64,000 nucleotides of DNA from an uncultured Frankiaceae bacterium (GTDB lineage Bacteria; Actinomycetota; Actinomycetes; BP-191), in the NCBI GenBank assembly GCA_964651395.1, contig CAZYXZ010000003.1, forward strand, positions 52,227 to 116,226, read 5' to 3'. This document shows, piece by piece, positions 10,240-19,983 of this stretch (positions within the stretch are counted from its first letter, which is position 1; each line of letters starts with the position of its first letter). The notes under the pieces are model-generated. The model did no database searches. It was not told the DNA's origin and saw nothing but the letters and a program-made list of their open reading frames with translations. The position numbers and the translations under genes are program-made.

Positions 10240-10763
10240 GGTGTGACCTCCAGGGCGCGAGTGAGCGCCTCGATCCCGCGGTGCGCATGGGTCTTGACCG
10301 ACCCGGCGGAGATGCCGAGGGCGGCCGCGATATCGGCTTCGGACAGCTCGGCGTAGTAGCGGAGCACGAGCACCTCGCGCTGCCGGCCGGGGAGCGCGTC
10401 GAGGGCTCGCAACACCTCGCGACGGTCCTCCCGGTCGACGGCGAGGTCCTCCGCACTGGCCGCCGTGACGTCGTGCGCCGGTGCGTGCGCGCGCGCCGTC
10501 CGCACGCGTCGCCAGCCGGAGCGAGCGCCGTTGGCGACGCAGACGCGCAGGTACGCGCGCGCGTTGTCCGGTTCCGCGAGTCGGGTCCAGCGCCGGTAGG
10601 TCCGCGCGAACGCGTCCTGCACCAGGTCCTCGGCGGCGGAGGCGTCGGTGAGCAGGGTGGCGATGCGCAGCAGTCCTGGGTACTCGGCACGGAACAGCTC
10701 GGCAAAGGCGGCGTCGCGGTCGGCTGCGGCCACGCCCACCCCTTTGCTCGCGTACAGCGGCAT
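10236..10763 (-). CDS. ECF (sigma-70 family) RNA polymerase sigma factor
   Basis: Region 2 (AAFAELFRAEYPGLLRIATLLTDASAAEDLVQDAFARTYRRW) and region 4 (ALPGRQREVLVLRYYAELSEADIAAALGISAGSVKTHAHRGIEALT) signatures are present. Start is placed at internal ATG 10763 (MPLYASKG). Confidence 0.8.
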   Translation of the reverse strand: MPLYASKGVGVAAADRDAAFAELFRAEYPGLLRIATLLTDASAAEDLVQDAFARTYRRWTRLAEPDNARAYLRVCVANGARSGWRRVRTARAHAPAHDVTAASAEDLAVDREDRREVLRALDALPGRQREVLVLRYYAELSEADIAAALGISAGSVKTHAHRGIEALTRALEVTP

Positions 10764-10845
10764 CGTCACATCATGGGGACGTCTGACTCGGCCAGGGGTT
10801 GACCGAGGTCCAGGGATTTGATGGGACCACGGCGAACCTACGGAC

Positions 10846-12708
10846 ATGGCCGGTCACGGGTTGAAGCGCACCCGCGTGCTGCTCGGCATCCTGGCCCTGA
10901 TCGCGTTAGGGCCGATCGGACCGTCCCGCGCCGCCACTACCCCGACAGAGCGGATCGTCGGGGACCTGCCCATGTCCGACGGCGTCACCCTCCGCTACAC
11001 GGTCGTCAAGCCGGTGGGCCAGCAGCGGCTGCCGACGTTGCTGGAGTACTCCGGCTACGACCCCGGCACCAATCCGGACGCCACCTACATCCGCCGGTTC
11101 GTCGAGAGCGGCGCGGGCTACTCCTACATCGGCGTGAGCCTGCGCGGCACCGGGTGCTCGACCGGGACGTTCGACTTCTTCCAGCCCAGCGAGGCCACCG
11201 ACGCGGCCGCGGTCATCGCCTGGATCATCCGCCAGCCGTGGAACAACGGCCGCGTCGGCATGATCGGCAAGAGCTACCCCGGCATCACCCAGCTCTTCGC
11301 GGCCCAGGCCAACCCACCGGGACTGATGGCCATCGCTCCCGGCCACTTCTTCAACGACGCCTACCGCGACGTCGCCCGCCCCGGCGGCATCCAGAACTAC
11401 GGCTTCGCGTCCTTGTGGAGCTTCCTCGGACAGCCGAGCTATGAGGTGCAGAGCGGCACCGAGGCCGCGCTCGGCGGCGACGTGCAGTGTCTCAACGGGA
11501 CGACCGCGCCGTTCCGCGGCCTGCCGACCAACCCGTTCGTCCAGCTGCAGCAGCACCGCTTCGACGACGCGCTGTTCCGCGAGCGCTCCCCGCAGCTGCA
11601 TCTCGACCGGATCAGGGTGCCGGTGCTCGCCACGCTGTCATGGCAGGACGAGCAGCTGGCCTCGCGCGGCACCGACCTGCTCGCCCAGCTCGACGACCTC
11701 AACGCCATACGGCGTGCACGCGGCCAGCGCGAGACGCCGTGGTGGGCGACGCTCACCAACGGCGACCACGGCATGGCCCGGACCGAGACGGAGTACGCAG
11801 ACCTGCGGCGCTTCTTCGACTTCCACCTGAAGGGCATCCGCAACGGCTGGGAGCGCCGGCCGCGGGTGCTGGTGTGGTGGGACGCCACAGTCGGCGAGCG
11901 CGCGCCGAGCTGGGTCACCGGGCTCGACCACTGGTCGGAGCGCCGCCGGATCGCGACGCGCCGGCTGCGACCGACCGCCCTGTACCTACGTGCCGACGGC
12001 GGTCTGACGGCGGCGACGCCGGCCGCGGACGAGCCGAGCTCGCAGTACGTCTACACGCCGGTCGTCGGGTCGCAGGGCATCGGCAACCCGGCGTACGGCG
12101 GCGTCTCGACGGACACGCCGTTCGGAGAGTTCCCGCCGGACCGCTACCTCTGGGACCTCGCGCCCGCACCGGGCACGTCCGCGCAGTGGACGACCGCGGC
12201 GCTGCCCGACGACCTGACACTGCTCGGGTCGGCGTCCCTCGACGTCTGGCTGAGCAGCACGGCGCCCGACACCGACCTGCAGGTGACCCTCACCGAGGTG
12301 CGGCCGGACGGCCAGGAGATGTATCTGCAGAAGGGCTGGCTCAAGGCGAGCCAGCGGCATCTCGACCCGGCACGCTCCACGGCGTTGCGGCCGTACCAGA
12401 CGCATCAGGAGGCGGACGCCGAGCTGCTCCAGCCGGGTACGCCGGTGCTGGCCCGCGTCGAGATCTTCCCGTTCGGCGCACTGCTGCGCCGGGGCTCGCG
12501 GCTGCGCGTCTACCTCGAGTCGCCGACGGTGCTGCCGGAGCTCTGGGCCTTCACCCCGTCGCCCTTCCCGGCCGTGAATACCGTGCTGCACGACCCCGAG
12601 CACGCGTCGCGGCTCGTGCTGCCCGTCGTCCCCAACGACCCCAACCGCAAGCGAGCGCTGCCGGCCTGCGGCGGCCTCATCCGTCAACCCTGCCGCGCGA
12701 GTCGCTGA
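10846..12708 (+). CDS. CocE/NonD family hydrolase (S15 X-Pro dipeptidyl-peptidase-like), secreted
   Basis: Signal peptide followed by the GMIGKSYPGITQ nucleophile-elbow motif (GxSYxG) and a C-terminal beta-sandwich domain typical of CocE/NonD. Confidence 0.8.
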   Translation: MAGHGLKRTRVLLGILALIALGPIGPSRAATTPTERIVGDLPMSDGVTLRYTVVKPVGQQRLPTLLEYSGYDPGTNPDATYIRRFVESGAGYSYIGVSLRGTGCSTGTFDFFQPSEATDAAAVIAWIIRQPWNNGRVGMIGKSYPGITQLFAAQANPPGLMAIAPGHFFNDAYRDVARPGGIQNYGFASLWSFLGQPSYEVQSGTEAALGGDVQCLNGTTAPFRGLPTNPFVQLQQHRFDDALFRERSPQLHLDRIRVPVLATLSWQDEQLASRGTDLLAQLDDLNAIRRARGQRETPWWATLTNGDHGMARTETEYADLRRFFDFHLKGIRNGWERRPRVLVWWDATVGERAPSWVTGLDHWSERRRIATRRLRPTALYLRADGGLTAATPAADEPSSQYVYTPVVGSQGIGNPAYGGVSTDTPFGEFPPDRYLWDLAPAPGTSAQWTTAALPDDLTLLGSASLDVWLSSTAPDTDLQVTLTEVRPDGQEMYLQKGWLKASQRHLDPARSTALRPYQTHQEADAELLQPGTPVLARVEIFPFGALLRRGSRLRVYLESPTVLPELWAFTPSPFPAVNTVLHDPEHASRLVLPVVPNDPNRKRALPACGGLIRQPCRASR

Positions 12709-12711
12709 ACG

Positions 12712-13890
12712 TCAGCCGGACCAGCCGTGCCACTGCACCAGCACGAGAGTGGCGTCATCGCGCAGTGCGGTGACCCGGTGGTCGAGCACGCTACGCACGA
12801 TCTGACGGACGATCTCGGCCGGAGCGAGCTGGTTGGAGGCGTACTGACCGGCGAGATCGGCCAAGCGGTCCATCCCGAACTCCTCGCCGGTCTCCGTTCG
12901 CGCCTCGACCACGCCGTCGGTGAGGAACAGCACGCCGTCGCCCGGTTCGAGTACCTCGTCCGCCAGTTCGGCCGCGCCCCCGCCCAGCCCCCAGGGGAGG
13001 CTCGGAACGGCGTCCAGCTGCTTGATCACCTGACCGTTGCGGATGAGCAGCGGCGGCGGATGTCCCGCGCTCAGCCAGGTCAGCCGACCGGTCTCGAGAG
13101 CGAGCTGGGCGAGCTGCCCGGTGGCGAACGCCTCGCCGTCGTACTCGCGGTGCAACGTCTCGTTCAAGGAGCCATGGATGCCTGCGATGGTGCGGCCCTC
13201 GCGGCGTCCATGCCGGTAGCAGCCGATCACCAGCGCCGCGATCGCTGACGCCGCCACCCCGTGACCCATCGCATCGACCATGGCGAGGTCGAGCGCCCCG
13301 CCGTTGAGGGCGTAGTCGAAGCAGTCACCCCCGACCTCGTACGCCGGCTCGAGTAGAGCGGCCACGCTGCAGTGCGGGGTGTTGAGCACCAGCGGGGGCA
13401 GGAGGTCCCACTGCATGCTGGCCGCGAGTGACATGGCCTTGCGCCGGCGATGCAGCTGGTAGAGGTCCGTACACCGCGCATGCGTCGCGATGAGGTAGCC
13501 CGCCAGGGTGCCGAGATCGCAGCATTCGGCGATGACGCGGTCGTCGAGGTCGGGAAAGGTCAGGGCGAGGACGCCCGTGCGGTCGGAGCCTTCCACGATC
13601 GGCACCCAGACTCGCGTGCCGTCCGGGCGGTCGGCGGTCACCGGAGCACCGGTGAGGAACGCGCGCCCCACCATCGTTCCGGCGACGTCCTCGGTGTGCG
13701 GCAGCTCCGCGTGGGCGGCGCGGTCGGGGAGCGGCTCCAGCAGCTGCTGCTCGAAGTCGACGATGTAGGCGACGACATCGGTGGCACCTGCTTCGCGAGC
13801 CGCGGCGGCGAGGATGTCGACGACGGCGCCGGGGTCCACCACCTGGGAGGCTCGCAGCAGTGCGCGCAGGTCCAGGCTGGCTCTCACCAC
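12712..13890 (-). CDS. PP2C-family (SpoIIE-like) serine phosphatase with N-terminal GAF-like domain
   Basis: C-terminal PP2C motifs (EVGGDCFDY ... DAMGHGVAASAIAALV ... LFLTDGVVEAR). It converges on the CocE gene with a 3-nt gap. Confidence 0.75.
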   Translation of the reverse strand: MVRASLDLRALLRASQVVDPGAVVDILAAAAREAGATDVVAYIVDFEQQLLEPLPDRAAHAELPHTEDVAGTMVGRAFLTGAPVTADRPDGTRVWVPIVEGSDRTGVLALTFPDLDDRVIAECCDLGTLAGYLIATHARCTDLYQLHRRRKAMSLAASMQWDLLPPLVLNTPHCSVAALLEPAYEVGGDCFDYALNGGALDLAMVDAMGHGVAASAIAALVIGCYRHGRREGRTIAGIHGSLNETLHREYDGEAFATGQLAQLALETGRLTWLSAGHPPPLLIRNGQVIKQLDAVPSLPWGLGGGAAELADEVLEPGDGVLFLTDGVVEARTETGEEFGMDRLADLAGQYASNQLAPAEIVRQIVRSVLDHRVTALRDDATLVLVQWHGWSG

Positions 13891-13958
13891 CGCAGCCTAG
13901 ACCCGGCAGTTGACCGCGCTAGACACCGCCCAGACCCCTCGATGCGCCGCAGCGCCAC

Positions 13959-16037
13959 TCAAGGACGCGAGCCGAAGGTGTCCGGCCGCAACCTGAGCCG
14001 CCGCAAGAGCTGCGCGTTGAGCGCGACGACGATCGTGGACACGCTCATCAGCACGGCGCCGACAGCGGGCGCCAGGGTGACACCGGCGAAGGCGAGCACG
14101 CCGGCAGCGAGCGGGATCGCGAAGACGTTGTAGCCGGCCGCCCAGACCAGGTTCTGCACCATCTTGCGGTAGCTGGCCTGGGACAGCCGGATCACGCTGA
14201 CCACCGCGCGCGGGTCGCTGCTGGCCAGCACCACGCCGGCGGACTCGATCGCCACGTCGGTCCCCGCCCCGATCGCCAGGCCAACGTCGGCGCGGGCCAG
14301 CGCGGGCGCGTCGTTCACGCCGTCGCCGACCATCGCGACCGTCAGACCCCTCGCTTGCAGCTCCGCGACCTTGGCGTCCTTGTCCGCAGGCAGCACCTCG
14401 CTCATCACCTCGTCGATGCCGAGCTCGACGCCGACCGCGTCAGCAACTTGGCGCGCATCCCCGGTGATCATGACCACCCGCCGGCCGAGCCGGTGCAACT
14501 GCTCGACCGCCGCGCGTGCCTCCGGACGGATCTGGTCCTCCAGGGACAGCGCACCGAGGATGCGCCGGCCTTGGACCAGGTAGAGCACGGCCGCGCCGCG
14601 ACGCTCCCAGCCTTGCGTGGCGGCGACGAGGTCGTCCGGGACAGCGAGCCCGCGTTCCCGCAGCAGCGCGGGACCACCGACGGCGTACCGCCGCCCACCT
14701 ACAGTGGCTTCGACACCGCGGCCAGCGTGTGACTGGAAGTCCGTGCCGGACAGCGCATCGCCGTGCTCCGCTGCCGCGCTGACGATGGCCCGGGCGAGCG
14801 GGTGCTCACTGTCGGCCTCGACCGCGGCCGCGATCCGCAACAGCTCATCCTCTTCCAGTCCTGCACCCGCCACTCCGCTGACGGTGTGCTCGCCCTTGGT
14901 CAGGGTGCCGGTCTTGTCGAACATGACGATGTCGACGGTGCGCATGCGTTCCAGCGCCAGCCGGTCCTTGACGAGGATCCCGGCCTGCGCGGCCACGGCG
15001 CTGGACAACGACACGACCAGCGGGATCGCCAGGCCGAGTGCGTGGGGGCAGGCGATCACCAGCACCGTCACGGACCGGACCACGGCGTCGTTGCTGTTGC
15101 CGACCGCGAGCCAGGCGAGGAAGGTCACGACGCCGGAACCAGCGGCCACGTAGAACAGCAGGGCGGCGAACCGGTCGGCAAGTGCCTGAGCCCGGCTGCG
15201 CGATGTCTGCGCCTCACCTACCAGCCGCTGGATGCCGGCCAGCGCCGTGTCCTCACCCACCGCATCGACGCGCACGCGGACTGCGCTGTCGGTGGCCACC
15301 GTGCCGGCTACGACCTTCTCCGCCACGGTCCGGCGTACCGGTCGGGATTCACCGGTGACCATCGACTCGTCGAACTCCGCCGCCCCTTGCACGATCTCTC
15401 CGTCGGCGGGAACGCGAGCCCCTGGTCGGACCAGGACGAGGTCGCCGACCTGGAGCTCGTCGATCGCGACCGAGGTGGCCAGGCCGTCCGGTCCGAGCCG
15501 CTCGGCGACGTCTGGCAGCAATGCCGCGAGTGCAGACAGTGCACTGCTGGCTTGGCCCAGGGCCTTCATCTCCTGCCAATGACCGAGCAGCATGATGGTG
15601 ATCAATGCGGCGAGCTCCCACCAGAACTCGAGGGCGAATGCGCCGAGGCTGGTGGCCAGCGATGCGGCGAATGCGACGCTGATCGCCATCGAGATGAGCA
15701 GCATCATCCCTGGCTGGCGCGCGCGGATCTCCGCCCAGCCGCCGGCCAGGAACGGCCAGCCCGCCCAGGCGAAGACGATCGTGCCGAGTACCGGGCCGAC
15801 CAGGCTCATCCCGGGGAAGTCGATGGAGTAGCCGAACCAGTCCATGACCATGTGGCTGGTCGCGATGATCGGCAGGCTCAGCATGAGGCTCCAGACGAAC
15901 CTCCGCCGGAACTGCGCCTCGTGGCCTCCATGGCCTCCGCTGCCCGCGTCGTGGTCGCCATGGCCGTGGTGGGCAGAACCCACCGACGCGCCGTCGAGGT
16001 CAGCCGAGAGCATGGGGTGCGGGTGTGTAGTCGTCAT
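13959..16037 (-). CDS. copB: Heavy-metal (copper) translocating P1B-type ATPase, CopB-like (His-rich N-terminus, CPH motif)
   Basis: Contains DKTGTLT, GDGVNDAPAL and TGE motifs. A TM CPH motif (CPHALGLAIPL) replaces the usual CPC, and the N-terminus is His-rich (HHGHGDHDAGSGGHGGHE). ATG 16037 is preceded by a GAGGTG RBS; the upstream ORF extension is R/G-rich junk. Confidence 0.85.
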   Translation of the reverse strand: MTTTHPHPMLSADLDGASVGSAHHGHGDHDAGSGGHGGHEAQFRRRFVWSLMLSLPIIATSHMVMDWFGYSIDFPGMSLVGPVLGTIVFAWAGWPFLAGGWAEIRARQPGMMLLISMAISVAFAASLATSLGAFALEFWWELAALITIMLLGHWQEMKALGQASSALSALAALLPDVAERLGPDGLATSVAIDELQVGDLVLVRPGARVPADGEIVQGAAEFDESMVTGESRPVRRTVAEKVVAGTVATDSAVRVRVDAVGEDTALAGIQRLVGEAQTSRSRAQALADRFAALLFYVAAGSGVVTFLAWLAVGNSNDAVVRSVTVLVIACPHALGLAIPLVVSLSSAVAAQAGILVKDRLALERMRTVDIVMFDKTGTLTKGEHTVSGVAGAGLEEDELLRIAAAVEADSEHPLARAIVSAAAEHGDALSGTDFQSHAGRGVEATVGGRRYAVGGPALLRERGLAVPDDLVAATQGWERRGAAVLYLVQGRRILGALSLEDQIRPEARAAVEQLHRLGRRVVMITGDARQVADAVGVELGIDEVMSEVLPADKDAKVAELQARGLTVAMVGDGVNDAPALARADVGLAIGAGTDVAIESAGVVLASSDPRAVVSVIRLSQASYRKMVQNLVWAAGYNVFAIPLAAGVLAFAGVTLAPAVGAVLMSVSTIVVALNAQLLRRLRLRPDTFGSRP

Positions 16038-16048
16038 CGCGTTCACCT

Positions 16049-16330
16049 CTAGGACTTCAGGAGGCGCTCGACCGCAGTCGTCGCCTCGGTGAGCTTGCGC
16101 GCCGCGTCCGGACCGCCAGTGGCGACCGCATCGGCCACGCAATGACGCAGGTGGTCGTCGAAAAGCCCCAGGGCGATGCCCTGCAGACCCTTGGTGGCCG
16201 CGGCGACCTGCGTGAGGACATCGATGCAGTAGCGGTCCTCGTCCACCATCGCCGCGATGCCACGCACCTGACCCTCGACCCGACGAAGCCGGGCGAGCAC
16301 ATCTGCCTTGCTCATCTCGTATCCAGCCAT
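16049..16330 (-). CDS. csoR: CsoR/RcnR-family metal-sensing transcriptional repressor (copper-responsive)
   Basis: 93 aa with the conserved C-H-C metal ligand pattern (RYCIDVLTQVAAATKGLQGIALGLFDDHLRHCV). It sits directly upstream of the P-type ATPase in the same orientation. The alternative ATG at 16315 is possible. Confidence 0.8.
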   Translation of the reverse strand: MAGYEMSKADVLARLRRVEGQVRGIAAMVDEDRYCIDVLTQVAAATKGLQGIALGLFDDHLRHCVADAVATGGPDAARKLTEATTAVERLLKS

Positions 16331-16333
16331 GGA

Positions 16334-16360
16334 GGTACCATACCCCCCTAGGGTACCCTG
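16334..16360. promoter_or_regulatory. Candidate CsoR operator: GC-rich pseudo-palindrome GGTACCATACCCCCCTAGGGTACC (core CCCTAGGG)
   Basis: A C-tract/G-tract palindrome lies immediately 5' of csoR. It resembles the published CCCC-N-GGGG style of CsoR operators. Confidence 0.4.
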
Positions 16361-16723
16361 TCAAGGGGTCACGGCCCATACTCCGAAGGCATCCCGCCCA
16401 GCAAGAACCTCTTCGTGCCTGACCGGCAGCTCGACCACGGCCTCGCCCCCCTGCCTCGCTGCGTTCGGCACGCTAGACACGAGGTGCGGCCTCGATAGCG
16501 CGCGGTCTACCGCCCGCCGTTGCGCAACAGGGGCCCCGGATCCGCACGCGATGCTGAGCAGAGCGTCACCTCCGGTTGTCAGCAGATGACGGCCTACATC
16601 GCGGAGGTGCAGCGAGTGCCGGACTGCGTCGCCGAGAAGATCCATGAGCAAATGGCCGCCGCTGGCGCCGCGCTCATGGAGGGGCGAGTGCGGCGAATGA
16701 AGTCGCGCTTCCGGCGCCCACGC

Positions 16724-17185
16724 TCAGTTGGCTTCCTTCCATGCGGCTCGCGCGCTCTGGCATTCCACCCGGACATCGACCTCGAAACGCTGCGTTCCGT
16801 CGTCCGTACGGACCTGGTTGAGATAGAGCCGGACCTGACGACGTCCAGCGCTGTCGCGCCACTCCACCTGCCGCTGACCGGTCGGGGCGCGCTCGGGCAA
16901 CTCCCGGAACTCCGCAACGGGCGCCCCTTCGCCGGCGAACGCGGCTCGGACTGCCTCTTCGACGCTTCGGTGCTCCGGGAACGTGCCGCTGACCCGGTCT
17001 ACCGGCCCTTGGCCGCCCGTACCGACGCCTGCCGGACACTGCAGGTCGTACTGCTTCGTCGGCGTTGGCGCGGGTTGAGAAGCACCCGGGCTGACGGAGC
17101 TCCTCGGATCTTGCTCATCGCTGCACGAGGCCACCCCTGCTGTGATGGTCAGCACGACGGCCCACACCAGCTTCACTCGCGACAT
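16724..17185 (-). CDS. Putative lipoprotein
   Basis: N-terminus MSRVKLVWAVVLTITAGVASCSDEQD is signal-peptide and lipobox-like (VASC). Confidence 0.5.
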   Translation of the reverse strand: MSRVKLVWAVVLTITAGVASCSDEQDPRSSVSPGASQPAPTPTKQYDLQCPAGVGTGGQGPVDRVSGTFPEHRSVEEAVRAAFAGEGAPVAEFRELPERAPTGQRQVEWRDSAGRRQVRLYLNQVRTDDGTQRFEVDVRVECQSARAAWKEAN

Positions 17186-17493
17186 GGCCCAATGATGCAA
17201 TCAGCGGCGCGTTACGTGCAGACGGGATCACGCTCCGCGCGGAAAGCCGCCCTGCCTGCGCCGGCTGCCGAACACGACGAGCACTGAGCCGGAAAGCGAG
17301 CAACGTCGCGGCCGTGAGCGCCATCTGGCCGACCGGTCGACCGGTGTTGGGTAGGTGGGGGCGGCACGGGTGACGGTGAAAGCGACTGGATTCTTGCCGG
17401 AATGGCCGTGCGCGAAGATCTGCGCCGGCCCGGCGGCGGCCCAGCCGGGAACCGTCACCCGCTGCGAGATCCGATAGCGCTCCCCGCTCGCCC

Positions 17494-17760
17494 TCACGCG
17501 CGCTGCGAGTTCAACTCGCCCTGTTTGAAGAGCAAGCGCACCGTGTCGGGAGCTGCGACTCGACGTGGCTGCCCAACCGTCTGCATGTCCTCGCAACTAG
17601 CCATGTAGCCCTCGCCGCTCACCGTCACGCGGCTGCCTGCCGGGGAACGCGCTGGAGTAACGCGAAGACTCGGTCCATCACATGCAGCGCTTGCCGGCAT
17701 GGCCAGCATGAAGGAACCAGCGGACCCAACCGCCGCGGCCACACCCAGGAGTCGACGCAT
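17494..17760 (-). CDS. Small secreted hypothetical protein
   Basis: N-terminus MRRLLGVAAAVGSAGSFMLAMPASAA is a signal peptide. It is an 89-aa internal start within ORF 17494..17856. Confidence 0.35.
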   Translation of the reverse strand: MRRLLGVAAAVGSAGSFMLAMPASAACDGPSLRVTPARSPAGSRVTVSGEGYMASCEDMQTVGQPRRVAAPDTVRLLFKQGELNSQRA

Positions 17761-17916
17761 GAGCACAACGTACGCGGGCGCCGACCGCGTGGGGCACTGG
17801 ACAAGCCACGAACAGCGGACCAACCGCCCCCCTCCTCGCCAGCCGCCCTGTGTCACGTCCCTTGCAGACGCCAGCCGCCGACGAGGCGCATGATCGCCCT
17901 GCTACAGGGGGTTGCG

Positions 17917-18921
17917 ATGAACGCTCGCGCGCTCGGACTTGCGGTGGCTCTTGCGGTGGTGGCCTGCTCCGGTAGCACGCCTTCGCCTTCCCCTTCCCCG
18001 AGCTCGGTCTCCCCGACGACGGGATCGACTCCTACGCCATCGATTTCTCCATCGGTGGCGCGGACCGCGCAGGTCGAGAGCTCCCGGCCAGCGGAGTACG
18101 TCGCCGTCGACGACACCGACCGGCTCGCTGTCTTCCGCTCCAGCGACGGCTCACGAGTGCGCTACCTGACCGCGCAGCAGCCAGGTGGGGGCGTGAAGCA
18201 CCCGGTAGTACGGGGCGATCTCGTCTACTTCATCCGCGCCCTCGGCACGTGTGCTGCGAGCATCAACATCGCTCGGCTGGATGGCACCGGCGAAGAGCAA
18301 CAGCTCATCGACTTTGACGGCGTCCACATCCCCGACGACCTCACGTTATCAGGCAACGGCGTCAAGATGGGGTACACGAAGACACGTTGCTCCGACGGCC
18401 GGCAGTGGATCGTCACGCGACTCAACGACGGCAATGCGAAGGAGTCCAGCTTCCTCTCCCTGGAACCGGGCACGGAATCTGGTCCCGCATTCTCCCTGGC
18501 ACTCGACGGTGCTGGCGACACGATCTACTACCTGCAGTTCGCCGACAACGAGAACGGTCCGTCACTCCAAGCGCGGGCGCTTGTCGGCGATCCACACGCA
18601 GCCGAAGGCGGTCTCTCGGCGCAGCCCGGGTGCATGCTGCATGCCGCTACGTGGAGCAGGGTGCACGGCCCAGTAGTGGCCTGCGCCACGTCGCGCGGTC
18701 ACCAGGCCAAGAAGGTCTTGCCGGGGGGCGGCACGAATCCGCTGTTCTCGATGGCAGACGGAGCGAGAGCAGGCATCGACCGGCTGTCGTTCGACCTGAG
18801 CGGCAAGCACCTGCTGTTCGCGACTGTCACGGGCGACACCCGCGGATCGACCTACCGCTGGTCCGGCGATGGCAACACCCCTACGCAAGTGGCCCGCAAC
18901 CAGATATCCCCAACTTGGTAG
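17917..18921 (+). CDS. Putative lipoprotein with Pro/Ser-rich linker
   Basis: N-terminus MNARALGLAVALAVVACSGSTPSPSPSPSS has a signal peptide and a lipobox (VVAC), followed by a ~300-aa domain. Confidence 0.55.
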   Translation: MNARALGLAVALAVVACSGSTPSPSPSPSSVSPTTGSTPTPSISPSVARTAQVESSRPAEYVAVDDTDRLAVFRSSDGSRVRYLTAQQPGGGVKHPVVRGDLVYFIRALGTCAASINIARLDGTGEEQQLIDFDGVHIPDDLTLSGNGVKMGYTKTRCSDGRQWIVTRLNDGNAKESSFLSLEPGTESGPAFSLALDGAGDTIYYLQFADNENGPSLQARALVGDPHAAEGGLSAQPGCMLHAATWSRVHGPVVACATSRGHQAKKVLPGGGTNPLFSMADGARAGIDRLSFDLSGKHLLFATVTGDTRGSTYRWSGDGNTPTQVARNQISPTW

Positions 18922-19058
18922 ATCCAGCGTGCGGCTCCCGGATCAGAACACTGGTCCTCGGCAGCTTCTGAGAAGTTGATCTTCCTTCGCGTCGCAGGCG
19001 CCGACCTGGCAGAGTCGCGCCCACGACCCGTCCTCGCCTCATCGCCAAGGACTGCCGG

Positions 19059-19769
19059 ATGGCGACAGCACCTCGCCCACGTATCCTCGTCACTGGTTCC
19101 GCCGGCTACGTCGGGCAGCTCGTTCTGCCCTCGCTCCGCGCGCGCTACCAGCTTCGGTGTCTCGACCTGGAACAACAGCACCCCGTCGACGACGACGAGA
19201 TCGTCACTGCTGACATCAACGATCTCGACCGGATGGTGGCGGCCTGCGACGGCGTCTTCGCGATCGTGCACCTAGCAGCCAAGGCTTTCGAGGACGACTT
19301 CCCTACTGTCCTACAGCCGCGCAACATCACCGGCGCATGGACCATGTTCCAGTCCGCCGTGCAGGCCGGTGTCCGCAAGGTCGTCTTCGCCAGTACTGGT
19401 CAGGCCGTCGGCGGCAATGAGCCCGGCCTTCGCATCGACCCCGACCAGCCAGCGCGACCGATCTCCGAGTACGCCTGCACCAAGATCTTCGGCGAAGCTC
19501 TCGGGCGGTTCCATTCGGACACCCACGGGCTTCAGGTCGCCTGCCTCCGCCTTGGCTGGGTCGTCACCAACGACAGCCCCCTGTTTCTCACAGAACCGAC
19601 ACTGCCCGGCGCCTGGTGCTCCCCGGACGACCTCTCGCGCCTTATCCACGCAGCCATCACGGCCGACGTCCCCTACGCAGTCGTTCTCGCCGTCTCGCCA
19701 CCAGCAACGGAACGGTTCGACACACGCAACCCGTACGGCTGGATTCCGGCTGACCAGATCCAACGCTGA
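19059..19769 (+). CDS. NAD-dependent epimerase/dehydratase family protein
   Basis: Rossmann motif ILVTGSAGYVGQ and catalytic YxxxK (YACTKIF). Confidence 0.75.
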   Translation: MATAPRPRILVTGSAGYVGQLVLPSLRARYQLRCLDLEQQHPVDDDEIVTADINDLDRMVAACDGVFAIVHLAAKAFEDDFPTVLQPRNITGAWTMFQSAVQAGVRKVVFASTGQAVGGNEPGLRIDPDQPARPISEYACTKIFGEALGRFHSDTHGLQVACLRLGWVVTNDSPLFLTEPTLPGAWCSPDDLSRLIHAAITADVPYAVVLAVSPPATERFDTRNPYGWIPADQIQR

Positions 19770-19851
19770 CCTGGCTACTAACCACGTGCTCAGATGTTCT
19801 GCAATTGCGCAGCAGAAACTGCGCCCTACACCACTTCTAGTGCCGACGATG

Positions 19852-19940
19852 CGGCTTCTGTGAGAAGTCCTGAGCGCGAGGAATACGTCCGTGAGAAGTC
19901 CACTGGGTCGTTTCATGAGAAGTTGATCTTGCGCGCCGTA
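19852..19940. repeat. Three direct copies of GTGAGAAG(T) at ~28-30-nt spacing, the last extended as TGAGAAGTTGATCTTGCGCGCC
   Basis: ctgtGAGAAGtcc, ccgtGAGAAGtcc and catGAGAAGttgatctt lie upstream of the 19984 ORF. A further 15-nt identical copy (TGAGAAGTTGATCTT) is at 18969-18983, upstream of the epimerase gene. Confidence 0.45.
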
Positions 19941-19983
19941 CAGCAGCAGAACATGGTGGACGAGCAACCTATGTGCCCCTTCG

